Below, one piece after another: positions 36,990 to 48,299 of a DNA stretch of 64,000 nt. Origin of the DNA: Pholidichthys leucotaenia. Its lineage: Eukaryota. How positions within the stretch are numbered: position 1 is the first letter of the stretch; every line of letters starts with the position of its first letter. The position numbers were made by a program, and so were the translations under genes. The notes beneath the pieces are model-generated. The model was not told the origin of the DNA. It saw nothing but the letters and a program-made list of their open reading frames with translations, and did no database searches. The stretch covers positions 202,779,081 to 202,843,080 of the forward strand of contig CM035846.1 in NCBI GenBank assembly GCA_020510985.1, read 5' to 3'.

Positions 36990-38680
36990 CCAGTTTGTTG
37001 CATTTATGTGACTAGTGCATACCCGTGCATGCCCGTAGAAACCTGTGCATGCCCGTAGAGGGGATGCATTGGAACAGAATTCTTGCCAGTTACAGGACAG
37101 TTGGTATAGCAACACAGCACTAAGTGGAAATCACATATGATGGCTTCTGTATGCAGCAAAACATAAAAATCACACAAAATATGCCCTGCCATCTGGGGCT
37201 GTTTGCCCCTGCTTGTTACTTCTTCTCCTGCCTGTCACTGTTCTGTGTTATGTTGCTTACCTGTGTCTATATACAGTATATGTCTTGTAGGGAGTCATGT
37301 GCTCTATGTGCCGTCATATAGACATCATCTGGTGGGTCTTCATTCAGATCACTGAAGGGTCTCCTCCTGTCTCAGACGGCTGTGTTGTTCAGTCCACAGG
37401 CATCTGTGGCGTACTGGTGGAACCTGAGGTGTTTCATGTTCACGGCATCCTTTCTGATGTGCAGCAGTTCTCCTCATTCTATTGCTCTCCATCTGGTGGG
37501 TCTTTTTCTTCTTCGTCCAGACCACTGGTTGAGGGATGGGTGCATCGTAATTCCAGTTTGTGGGCACAATCCTGAAAAAGTGGCTTTCGACCCTGTTCAG
37601 GAAGACCCATGCATGCCCGTAGAAACCAAGAAACCGGAGCACCCAGAGAAAATCAGTGCTTTGCTTGGCATTTTACACGTTTGTAGTGTAGACTGGCATT
37701 CGTCAAGGTTACTCATTTGCTGTCATGTAGGCATGGCGAGTCGTCCTATGATACCCGAGTTCATAGATGATGAGGCAGAGATCATAGGCCATCCTATGAT
37801 GTCCTAGAAATGTGCTTTAAAGTCTGTCATACCCATGCTGGTGAAGGGTGTCCTCCTGTCTCATTCGGGTGCGATGTATTGCTGGAACGTCAGGTGTTTC
37901 ATCTTCATGGCATCTTTTCTGACGTGCAGCAGTTGTCATCATTCTATTGCTCTCCATCTGGTGGGTCTTGTTCTTCATTCAGACCATTGGTTGAGGGATA
38001 GGTGCGTCGTAATTCCAGTTCATGGACAGGATCATGAAAATAGATCTGAGCAAAAAGAGGCTTTCCGGCATGGACTCACTGTATGTGACATCATAAAGAC
38101 ACGTTTGTTGTCTTCTTCTTCTTTTAGATTTGGTTGGCGGTTGGCAACCAGCTTACAGGTGCATTACCGCCACGTCATCACTCTATATCATCACTTTTTC
38201 TGGTCAGGAGCTGTAGTCCTATCATCATTGCTGTGTCCAATTGAACCTCAACTGTATCTTCAGACATCACTCTTCTTCGTCTCCTCGTACTTCAGTCTAT
38301 ATCATCACTTCACTCTATACCGTCACTTCAGATGTATATGACATCATAAAGACACATTTGTCTATGTGCCGTCATATACTGTAGGCATCACGAGTCGTCC
38401 TATGATGCCTGAGTTCATGGTCTATATGACATCATAAAGACACATTTGTCTGTGTCCTATGATGCCGGAGTTCATAGGACGTCCTATGATGTCCTATGAA
38501 GCGTGACAGACACACACACACAGATTTCTTGCTTTTGGAGAGTGATGAGGTGTCCAGTTCAGGACTCCTTATAAGAACTCCTTATACAAAGCTATAGAGT
38601 GATGATAATCAAGTCAGTGGCGGTAATGCACCTGTAAGCTGGTTGCCAACCGCCAATCAAATCTAAAAGAAGACGTATGA
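36990..38680. repeat. Complex repeat block: tandem duplication (37290..37800 ~ 37800..38050), dispersed short direct repeats, and a ~65-bp inverted repeat (38095..38165 / 38612..38680)
   Basis: ORFs 37297..37575 and 37810..38001 are paralogous translations of the duplicated unit; arms gttggcggttggcaaccagcttacaggtgcattaccgccac are reverse complements. Confidence 0.6.
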
Positions 38681-39145
38681 AGTAAAAGATGGCAGCATGG
38701 TTTTGCTGCTACTGCTAGCATAGATGCCAACAATGAAAACTAAATGACATCAACAGACTGTGCATGCACAAAGGTTAAAGGTCACATGAATTCCAATCTG
38801 AACATTCTCAAATAAGTCACATGATCATGTATCTGATGTACAGTGTAGCCAATCTAGGCAACATGAAAGTGGTGTCGTGTTTACTATTGTTACAGCCATA
38901 ATTATCTGTATTAAAAATTATTTGCCTTTACCATTCTTATGGGTAAGAAACACTAAAAGAAAAACTGAAGTCACGTGGTTGATGGAGCCGAAGTAAATAA
39001 ACATAGTTTGCTGAAGTTGATGCATCTCCTGCAGGGATACAAAGACTGACCTGTTTTTAGTTTTCTTCTCAGGCAAACTAAGATGTTATTCTTCCAACGG
39101 AAATATATGTTTAACACCCAGCATTTCCCTCCTGTGTTTTTTCAG

Positions 39146-39358
39146 ACGCTGCATGGTCATGAGCATTCAGTGCGTTGTCTCTCCTTCTCACCCTCCTTCT
39201 CCATGCTCTGCTCCGGCTCCATGTCTGGAGATGTGAGGGTGTGGTCAGTGCCCACCTCCACCTGTGTGGGCTGCTTCCAGGCTCACAAAGGAGCCACCGA
39301 GGCCCTCACCTTTTTGGAAGAAGGAGCGATGCTTCTGACCGCTGGCTCCGATCACACG
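39146..39358 (+). CDS. Host gene exon, WD repeats (TLHGHEHSVRCLSFSPSFSMLCSGSMSGDVRVWSVPTSTCVGCFQAHKGATEALTFLEEGAMLLTAGSDHT)
   Basis: ORF 39083..39403; ttttcag acceptor, gtcagt donor; 71 codons. Confidence 0.65.
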
Positions 39359-40282
39359 GTCAGTGTAGACTTACCATATGATACAGAAATAGCTCAGGCA
39401 TGAATGTATCCTTTAATGATTCCATTCTTTTTACTTTACAATATTGTTTGTTTTTTTTAGACTCTTTTAGGATTACTATTGAGAAACTCCTCAGTGTCAC
39501 TAGCCAAGCTTTAATGCAGGACAGAGACCCCACTTTCATTTTATAGCGCAAATCCTCACTGATTCTAAAAACTGCTTCTCATTTCGCCGTTGTGTAAATC
39601 AGCTCCAGCTCTGGTCAGGAGGACTCGGACGTTCTGTCATGGCATTTAAGAGTCAGGAGGTAAGCTCTTATTGTCTGTTACCAAATGTTAGACTTGGACT
39701 GCCCAATGCATCTGTGACAATGGATAACTATATCAGTTAGTCAGTAAATACTTGAAACATGACATATGTTGACCCCACATGATCACGTGGTGTCTTTCGT
39801 GACATGTTTGATATCATTTGGAGAGAGACGCGAGCAACACATTTATAGGAAAAGAAGTTCTGTTTGCAAGTGATTAATGTTTTTTTAAATGTGGTAATTC
39901 ACTAAAAGGCTCTGCTTTATTCCTCTTCAGCAATGTCATTTTTGTGACGGGGGTAAAAAGTTCAGTGGCAGATTGTTCTGTGCTCATATTGGTCAGCCTC
40001 ACAGAAGTGATGGAACCATGATTAAAACAAATGTTAACCTGCCTTTTTCACTGCATTAGAATTACACCATACTGTAGATACAGTGGGGGAAATAATGATT
40101 TGATCCCTGCTGAATTTGTAAGTTTGCCCATTACAGAGTAATGAACAGTCCAGAATTTTTATGGTAGGTTTATTTTAACAGGGATACAGAAGGGGACTTC
40201 CGGTTATGGCTGCCACGTAGGACGGACGTGTCTCGCTCTGCTCTGCTCCTGGAGAAAAAAAATCGGCAAATAACTCTCTCAT

Positions 40283-41209
40283 TTGGGACAGAACGTATCC
40301 CAGCATTTGGGCGAGGATATGTCGGCGAAGCCTAAGGCTGGAAAACCAGGAAAAGGAAAAAGCGAGCCGCCGAAACAGTCCAAATTAACGGACTTTCAGG
40401 TCTGTGACGCAGCAAACAAAACTCCATATATGGCGGAGGAGGCTGGCAACGGTGCGATATCTGCGGGGAATGGCGCAGATGCGCTGATGGCTGCCATGAG
40501 TTCAATGAGAGCGGACTTTTCCTCTAGATTTGATGGGATTATGACAGCGTTGGAAGGAATAAGAAAGGAATTGGGTGACTGTGTAGAACGAACGGCGCAG
40601 ATGGAGCTCCGTCTCGCTAGTGCTGAAGATGACGTCACCCGTCTTCAATTAAAGGTGCGCACTTTGGAAAAAAAAAATAAATCTCTGGAAGATAATATTT
40701 TGGATTTGGAATCTCGGTCGAGACAGAATAATTTGAGGCTGGTGGGTCTTCCAGAGGAATCAGAAGGTCGGGACGTATGTTCCTTTCTGGAAAAGTGGAT
40801 TCCGGAGGTGCTGGGCAGCGAGGAGTTGCAATCAGCAGTGGTTCTGGAAAAAGCACATCGTATTGGCCCACGGAGAGATAAGGGACCGCCGAGGACCTTA
40901 ATTATGAAGTTTCTTAGCAACAGAGACAGGATGAAGATCTTCAACGCTGCACGTGCTAAAGGAGAGATTAAACAGCAGGACCAGCAGGTGCGGTTCTACC
41001 CAGATTTGGCCACAGGAATCCAGCAATTGAGGAAGCAGTTTGATCCCATACGTAAGGAGCTGCGCAACCTTGGGATTCGTCATGGTGTAATCTATCCTGC
41101 GAGACTGCTGACCACGTATGAGGGCAGAACCCACATCTTCAAGACCCCAGAGGAGGCGCAGGAGTTCATCAAGAAGATCAAAGAAGAAGAAGAGACTGGT
41201 GGGAGCTAA
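40283..41209 (+). CDS. L1 ORF1p (308 aa, intact)
   Basis: Uninterrupted ORF; coiled-coil region + C-terminal nucleic-acid-binding-like domain. Confidence 0.8.
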   Translation: MGQNVSQHLGEDMSAKPKAGKPGKGKSEPPKQSKLTDFQVCDAANKTPYMAEEAGNGAISAGNGADALMAAMSSMRADFSSRFDGIMTALEGIRKELGDCVERTAQMELRLASAEDDVTRLQLKVRTLEKKNKSLEDNILDLESRSRQNNLRLVGLPEESEGRDVCSFLEKWIPEVLGSEELQSAVVLEKAHRIGPRRDKGPPRTLIMKFLSNRDRMKIFNAARAKGEIKQQDQQVRFYPDLATGIQQLRKQFDPIRKELRNLGIRHGVIYPARLLTTYEGRTHIFKTPEEAQEFIKKIKEEEETGGS

Positions 41210-41661
41210 GCATGAACAAAATATAAGGTAGAATAATTAAGCATTTGCACAGGCATCTGACTGACTTGAAGTAAATAGTAAGTTTACAAAATATAGATTG
41301 TGTTATATATTAAAAAAACAAAACAAACAAACAAAAAAAAACTGATGTACAAAGTTGTTAAAAATTTTGGAGTTAAGTTGGAAAACTACAGAGGAGAGTT
41401 AATGTTACGTCATTAAAAGCAGTAGAGTTAGGGTGATTGGGAGGATGAAGAAGGAGTGGCTTAGGCTGTTCCCCGTGGATGTGGAACAGTCGATGGCTAT
41501 ATCGGGAGACAGAATTTTTCTTTTGATTTTGGGGGGTTTGCCACAAGTGTGGGAAGGGGAAATTTGTTTGTGTGTAGTTTGTAGGATGAATGTTCAACCA
41601 CTCATGTTTTTGCTTCTCTGTATGAGCATGTTTACACTGCAAGGTAATCCCAAACTCTCTA

Positions 41662-44600
41662 TTGATCATGGACCAAAGTGTTAATCTTAATTTAACTTCA
41701 TGGAATTGCAGAGGTCTACAAAATTTAAAAAAACTTAAACAAGTTATGAATAAAATAAAGGACATGGGTTCAAGAATTGTGTTTTTACAAGAAACTCATC
41801 TGATAGAGGAGGATGTTAAAAGAATTAGGAGTAGATGGCAGGGAAGTGTATTCACCTCTTCATTTTCATCCCGAGCCAGGGGAGTTATGACTCTCATACA
41901 TAAATCAGTTCCTTTTCAAGTGAAAAATGTAATTGGAGACAAATTTGGAAGATATGTAATCATTCAAGGTTCTTTGCTATTAGAAAATATAAATCTTGTG
42001 AACTTATATGGTCCCAATATAGATGATCAGAAGTTCTTTGCTAATTTATTTCTCATCTTATCATCACTTACAGGGCAACATATAATAGCAGGGGATTTTA
42101 ATTGTACATTGAATCCAGGTGTGGATAGATCAACAGGACTGGATTGTACGCACATTGGATGTAGGATGACTATTAATCATTTTATGAAAGAATTGAGATT
42201 GTTAGATATATGGAGAGAAATGAAACCACAAGTTAAAGCCTATTCTTGTTATTCCAGTACCTACAAGACATTCTCACGTATTGATTATTTTTTGATTTCC
42301 ACAGAATTAAGGTCCAAGATTCAAAACTGCTTTTATGATAACATCGTGATCTCTGATCATGCACCCTGTTGTCTAATATATGTAGATAAAAAATTGACAA
42401 AGGAATCAGGTAGATGGCAATTTCAGCATAAATGGCTTCAGGATGAGGAATTTGTCAAGTATATAGAAAAACAGATAGACGAGTTCTTTGACATCAATAC
42501 TACACAAACATCAGCATGTGTAAAGTGGGAGGCTTTCAAAGCTTTTATTAGGGGACATATTATTAGTTATACAGGATCAAAATCTAAGAAGACTCGAGAG
42601 GAGAGAGCTAAATTGGAACATAAAATAAAAAGTCTTCAGGAAAAAGTGTATGCAGGAAGTGACCCAAGGTTGGAGAATGAATTACTGATTTTGAGAGCTG
42701 AATACGACAAAAAATCAGCGAATAGAGCTGCCTCGAGTCTTCTAAGATTGAAACAATCTTTTTATGAACAAGGTGAAAAATCAGGAAAATTATTAGCATG
42801 GCAGATTAAACAATTGGAAATTAAAACACCAATTACCAGTATTATAAGTAATGGACAGGTAGTTATAGATCCTTTAGAAATTAATAGAGCCTTTAGAGAT
42901 TACTATGAAAAATTATATGATACCAAAAATGAACCTGATTTAACAAAACTAAATGGGTTTTTGAACGAACTATCTATACCGTGTATTCCAAATGAAAATA
43001 GGGAGATATTGGAGTCTAAAATTAGTCAAGAAGAAGTTGGGCTAGCCATTGATAATATGAAATCAGGAAAAAGTGCAGGACCAGATGGTCTTCCAGTTGA
43101 CCTTTATAAAAAATTTAAGAATAAATTAATAAAACCTTTTTTGGAAATGGTTTTAGAAGCATTTCAAAATAATAATTTACCATCATACATAAATAATGCC
43201 TTAATTATACTGCTGCCAAAACCAGGTAAGCCCTCTAATAAATGTGAAAATATGAGACCAATAAGCCTATTAAACGCCGACCTTAAGATAATCTGTAAAA
43301 TTTTAGCAAGACGAATACAAGAAATTTTACCAAATATTATTAATCGAGATCAGAATGGCTTTATAAAGGGTAGACAAGGCTTCCATAATGTAAGAAGACT
43401 ATTTAATATTATTTATTTTAATAAAGAAGCACCGGATACAGCTCTCCTATCATTGGACGCCGAAAAGGCCTTTGATAGAGTTGAATGGCCCTTTCTTTTT
43501 GAAGTCCTACAAAGGTTTGGACTTGGAAATAACTTCATAAAATGGGTTCAAATAATATACAATAATGCTACAGCAGAAATCCTAACAAATAACAATATTT
43601 CAAAACCAATAAAAATCAATAGAGGATGTCGACAAGGCTGTCCACTTTCACCTTTACTGTTTACTATGGCAATTGAACCTTTAGCGATAGCGATACGTTT
43701 ACATTCACAAATATATGGAATTAAAGTTGGACCAACAGAACATAAAATCTCCCTGTACGCCGATGACATAATTTTGTTTATGTCGAATCTAAAAAAATCA
43801 ATTCCAACCTTGTTGAATTTAATAAAGAATTTTGGGGAAATATCAGGATATAAAATAAATAAAACTAAATCTTCAATATTTAATGCTAAATGAGACCCAG
43901 AGAAATTACCCAGCCCCTGAGGTAAATCAATTCAATGTTGTAAATCAGTTTAAATATTTAGGAATCCAAATTATGCCTAAGCTAGAATCAGTCGCCAGTG
44001 TCAACTATGAAGCCTTAATGTCAGATATCAATGAGTTAACTCAGAGATGGATGTCACTACCAATGTCGATGATCGGGAGAATCAATATACTTAAAAGTAA
44101 TATTTTACCTAAAATACTTTATTTATTTCAATACATTCCCTTATCACCACCTTTAGATCTATTCTCAAGAATAAAAAAAAAAGTTAGTGGAATTTATATG
44201 GAACAACAGGAGGGCTAGATTACGTTTGTCTTTATTATATTTACCATTTGATCGTGGAGGTCTGAAATGTCCAAATTTTATGTTGTATTATTGGTCGGCA
44301 CAACTGAGGTCTATGACATATTATTTTTCATCAAATGATCTCCCTCACTGGACTGAAATGGAATCATACAATTTACCTTTACCTCTTCCCATATTCATAT
44401 ACTCAGATTCGGCAAAAAAATTACAAAAACAAGTTAAAAATCCATTTGTAAAGCATATGATCAAAATATGGTGTGAAGCTAAAAACTATTTAAAAGAACC
44501 ACAGTTATTGTCACAATTTAGTCCAATATGGGGTAATCAATATTTTAAACCAGGGAGAGCGGACGCTGTATTTAAAGTATGGAATTTAAAAGGGATACAA

Positions 44601-45467
44601 AAGATTCAGGATTTAGATTTGCCATGTGCAGACAACATAATGTCTTTTGAAGAGCTGAGGATCAAATTTAATCTCAATAGAACACATTTTTTTAAATATC
44701 TTCAACTTAGAAACTTTATTCGATCAAATCAAAATAAAGCTCTCACTCGACCTATTTATTCATCCTTGGAAAAAATGATGATGAAAGATAGTAAAAGAAA
44801 GGGTATTATTTCAGAGTTTTATAACTCATTGACACAATCCTCAAGTGAAAATTCACTGAAAAGATTAAACTACTGGAAAGAAGATCTGCAAATTGAAATT
44901 TCAGAGGAACAATGGGAATTGGCTTGTACAGAAGCTCAAACCAAATCAATAAATGTACGCCTTAAATTGATACATTTCAAATGGTTAATGCGGATGTATG
45001 TTACACCGGAGGAGTTAAATAGATATAACAAAAATATACCAGATACATGCACAAAATGCATGGAAAGTAAAGGAACCCTATTTCATTGTTTATGGGAATG
45101 TAGATTAATAAGAATGTTTTGGGAAGAGGTGAGGGTAACAATTGAAAAAATAATCTCAAAACAAATCATACTGAATCCTAAACTGTTTTTGTTGGGTCTG
45201 TACCCAGAAAAGCATAATTTTAATAAAAGTGAAAGAACATTCATAGACCTCAGTTTGCTTAATGCCAAAAAATGTATTGCACTATTATGGAAAAAGACTC
45301 ATAGACCAGATGTGACTCAGTGGTTAAGACAGATGTTAACAAACCTTCCATTAGAAAGAATAACATATATACTGAAATCAAAGGAAATTGTGTTTGAGAA
45401 TATATGGAGACCTTTTATTGATTATGTAAAAAATTTAAACATAACTCTTGAAGAAGAAGGTGAATGA
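41662..45467 (+). pseudogene. L1 ORF2 (APE endonuclease + RT + C-terminal domain, ~1270 codons) with two single-base frameshifts in homopolymer runs (~43885 and ~44190)
   Basis: Three consecutive overlapping ORFs 41662..43893, 43883..44218, 44187..45467. Confidence 0.85.
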
Positions 45468-46383
45468 TGTGTGTGGACCTTGTAAATTCCAAACTGGTGA
45501 ACATATGTATACTTATGTATTGGATTGTCTAGACTAAACAGAGGAGCATTGTTGAAGACTTGATTTTGTTGGTGGTTGTTGGTGTTTTTAGTGCATTTTT
45601 TTTTTGTAGTACTTTAGTGTTAGTGTTTGATTGTTTGTATCATGTTTGTTAAAAAAAAAAAAAGGTTCAATAAAGATATTGTGGAAAAAAAAAAAACAGG
45701 GATACAGAAGATCATAAAAGATCCAGGAAAAAAAAAACAACAAAACATTAAATAAGGGCTATAAATTGATTTGTATTTGATTTTGTGAAATAAGTATTCG
45801 ATCCTCAAGCAAAATGTGACTTAGTACTTGGTGGAGAAACCCTTCTTGGCAAGCACAGAGGTCAGATGTTTCTTGTAGCTGGTCACAGGTTTTGCACACG
45901 CCAGGAGGGATTTGGTCCACTTGTCTTCAGACACACTCCAAATCCTGAAGGTTTTCAGGCTGATCCCTCACCTTTCTCAGAATCATCCTTACCCCACGAA
46001 GTGCAATCTTGCATGAAGCTCCAGAACGAGGGCGATGGGCTGTTGTATTTTTTCCATTTTCAAATTATCACGCCAACAGCGGTCTCTTTCTCACCAAGCT
46101 TCTTGCTGGTGGTCTTGTAGCCCATTCCAACCTTGTGCTGGTCTACAATCTTGTCTCTGACATCCTTTGACAGCTCTTTGGTCTTACCCATGGTGGTGGA
46201 GAAGTTTGAATGGAAGAGACTGATTCTGTGACAGGAGTCTTTTATACATAAAATGAGCTGAGATCATTAGTACTTTTCTAAAGGGACAGGACTAATTTAT
46301 GTGCCTCATGGGCACATAACTGATCTGTGTTGGTCAGAATTCTTGCTGGTTGGTAGCGGATCAAGTACTTATTTCACTCAATC

Positions 46384-46575
46384 AAATGCAAATCAAATTT
46401 ATAAGATAAGATAAGATAAGCCTTTATTAGTCCCACAATGGGGAAATTCCAGGATTGCAACAGCACAGGGATAGCAACACTCAGAGCAACAATCAGAAGG
46501 CAAGAAAAAACATCTAGTAAACATATGTCCATATTACTATAAATGTATATATATAGACACACAGTGCAGAGCATT
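46384..46575 (-). mobile_element. L2-A 3'-terminal ~190 bp (last minisatellite unit to (cttat)3 tail)
   Basis: Reverse complement matches 21370..21560. Confidence 0.8.
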
Positions 46576-46613
46576 ATGGTTGGTTGGTGAATGTGCAGCA
46601 GAAAGTCTAAGCT

Positions 46614-46989
46614 CTCTCTCCGCGGATGCAGCGGGCCAGCTGGAAGTCTTTGGGCATGATGGTGACCCCCTTAGCGAAGAAGAGACCACCAGGTGGGCCT
46701 CGCTGGTCTCCTGCAGAGCCATGACGGCGAAGCTCAGGAAACGCAGGACGGTCTTGAAGTCCTGAGCGATCTCCCTCACCAGGCGCTGGACGGGCAGCTT
46801 ACGGATGAGCAGCTCCGTGGATTTCTGGTAGCGACGGATCTCTCTCAGAGCCACGGGCCTGTGACGGCGAGGCCTCTTCACTCTGCCGGTGGCCGGAGCG
46901 CCTCTCCGAGCAGCCCTGGTGGCTAGCTGTCTCCTGGGGGGCTTCTTCCTCCAGTAGATTTTACGGGCGGTCTGCTTGGTTCTTGCCAT
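46614..46989 (-). pseudogene. Histone H3-like gene, disrupted: 1-nt deletion near codon ~100, 24-nt in-frame deletion in the alpha3 region, diverged N-tail (S10I, K27R, K36-region changes)
   Basis: ORF 46537..46989 begins [57 protein letters not shown]; canonical C-terminus ..[20 protein letters not shown] present in -1 frame ending at 46614. Confidence 0.8.
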
Positions 46990-47254
46990 CGCTCTTTATT
47001 ATTCTGTCTTATATTTCTTGCACGCCGCCTAAACTCCAGCCCGGCACCCACGTCGTTTTTGCTACAGCTCCCGGTATGTCGAGTTTCCCATTAGCACCGG
47101 GCGGCGGCCAAGTGCTAGCTAGCACTAGCTCCTCCCCGCTGTAACGTCTCCCGCTGCAAACCGTGGCTCCGTCCGCCGACCCGGGAGACCCCCGGGGCGA
47201 TCCGTGCGTCCGTGACATATATACAGAGTGAAAGGTGTAGAAAGAAGAAGGAAG

Positions 47255-47289
<35 letters not shown>

Positions 47290-47400
47290 TGTTGCAACGG
47301 GCAGCCGACTCGTGTGGCGCCACCGGTCCAGCGGAACCGGAAAATATAGCCTATATTTTCTACAATATTTTCTGTTATATTTTACTTTATAGCCTATATT
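46990..47400 (-). mobile_element. L2-A 5'UTR-like segment (homolog of 23880..24640) with internal poly(A)26 at 47258..47285
   Basis: Shared blocks ..ccacgtcgttt..gctgtaacgt..cgtggctccgtc..gggcgatccgtg..gtgtggcgcc.. Confidence 0.65.
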
Positions 47401-48160
47401 TAATGTTTTTTCTGAATTTTTTTGTTGATATTCGATCTCTCTCTATTAAAATAAACCTACCATGAAAATTATGAACTGTTCATTTCCTTGTGAGGGGATA
47501 AAGGTTCAAATTCAGCAGGGGATCAAATAATTACTCCCCCCACTGTTTACACATAACAGCACATATGTCTGAACAAAGAAACAACAATTTTTGCATTAGA
47601 GACAAATGTGATTACAGTAATTTGGTACACCCAATATGTACAGGCTACACAAAATGGAATGACTGATTCTTGTTTCCGTCTCATTTTCTTTCAACATCCC
47701 GTCTTGATGGAATAAGGAATCATATGATCTGAGTTTGGTGTAACTTATCTATATTACCGAAGCTGAGAGCTGAATCTTTTTCAGTCAACCCCCCCCCCCA
47801 CCACCACCACCAAAGATTAGCCGTTTTTCCCTAAATACATTTTGTTTTATCTTAAAAAAAAGAGCCATTATCTTGTGATAACACAATTTTATTTTGTCAT
47901 CTCAAAAATACAGTGAAGAAAAAGATAGCAATGACCTTTTAGTTTCTGTACAGGAAATCGTTTTCATCCAACTTTTTTGGACCGCGCATGGTTGTGAGAT
48001 TGAACAAAGTAAACACACAAAATAAGACTATCAAATAAGTTAATAATTTTAAAAATGTTAAAATCCAGACTGAAAGGTACAACTTCAAGATTTCTCTGTA
48101 TGAATGTTTTGGCCTAATTCCTACCAATTTCTTGAGCAGTTGTTTTTGTATTTTTAAAAG

Positions 48161-48299
48161 CGTGTGCAGGAGCCTCCTCAGAAGAAGCTGAAAAAGGCGT
48201 CGTCTGAGCCTGCTGCAGCCTTGTGTGCAGCTGTGAGCGGAGATTATGTGGCTGTGGGATACCACGGCGAAGGCATCAAACTCTTCGGCGTCGACTCAG
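48161..48299 (+). CDS. Host gene exon (..VQEPPQKKLKKASSEPAAALCAAVSGDYVAVGYHGEGIKLFGVDSG); acceptor ambiguous (48161 or 48170)
   Basis: ORF 48164..48385; gtgttg donor at 48300. Confidence 0.45.

Larger units (their letters stand above)
40193..45695 (+). mobile_element. L1-like LINE copy #2, full length (~5.5 kb), 14-bp TSD cagggatacagaag, poly(A) tail
   Basis: TSD 40179..40192 and 45696..45709; poly(A) 45682..45695. Confidence 0.9.
40081..46383 (-). mobile_element. Tc1-like DNA transposon #5 (TIR cagtgggggaaataatgatttgatccc..), hosting L1 copy #2; right terminus clipped by ~8 bp
   Basis: TA|cagtggggg at 40079; transposase N-terminal remnant on minus strand 45760..46200 ([17 protein letters not shown]..); far terminus ..gatcaagtacttatttc at 46360..46383. 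Confidence 0.7.

Noticed and set aside
37297-38001. Paralogous ORFs 37297..37575 and 37810..38001 (..VFHVHGILSDVQQFSSFYCSPSGGS..)
   Set aside because: They arise from a tandemly duplicated non-coding repeat unit. They have no start or splice context and no recognisable domain.
47009-47323. ORFs on minus strand containing FFFFFFFFFF
   Set aside because: The phenylalanine run is the poly(A)26 tract read in reverse. The rest is L2 5'UTR-like sequence.
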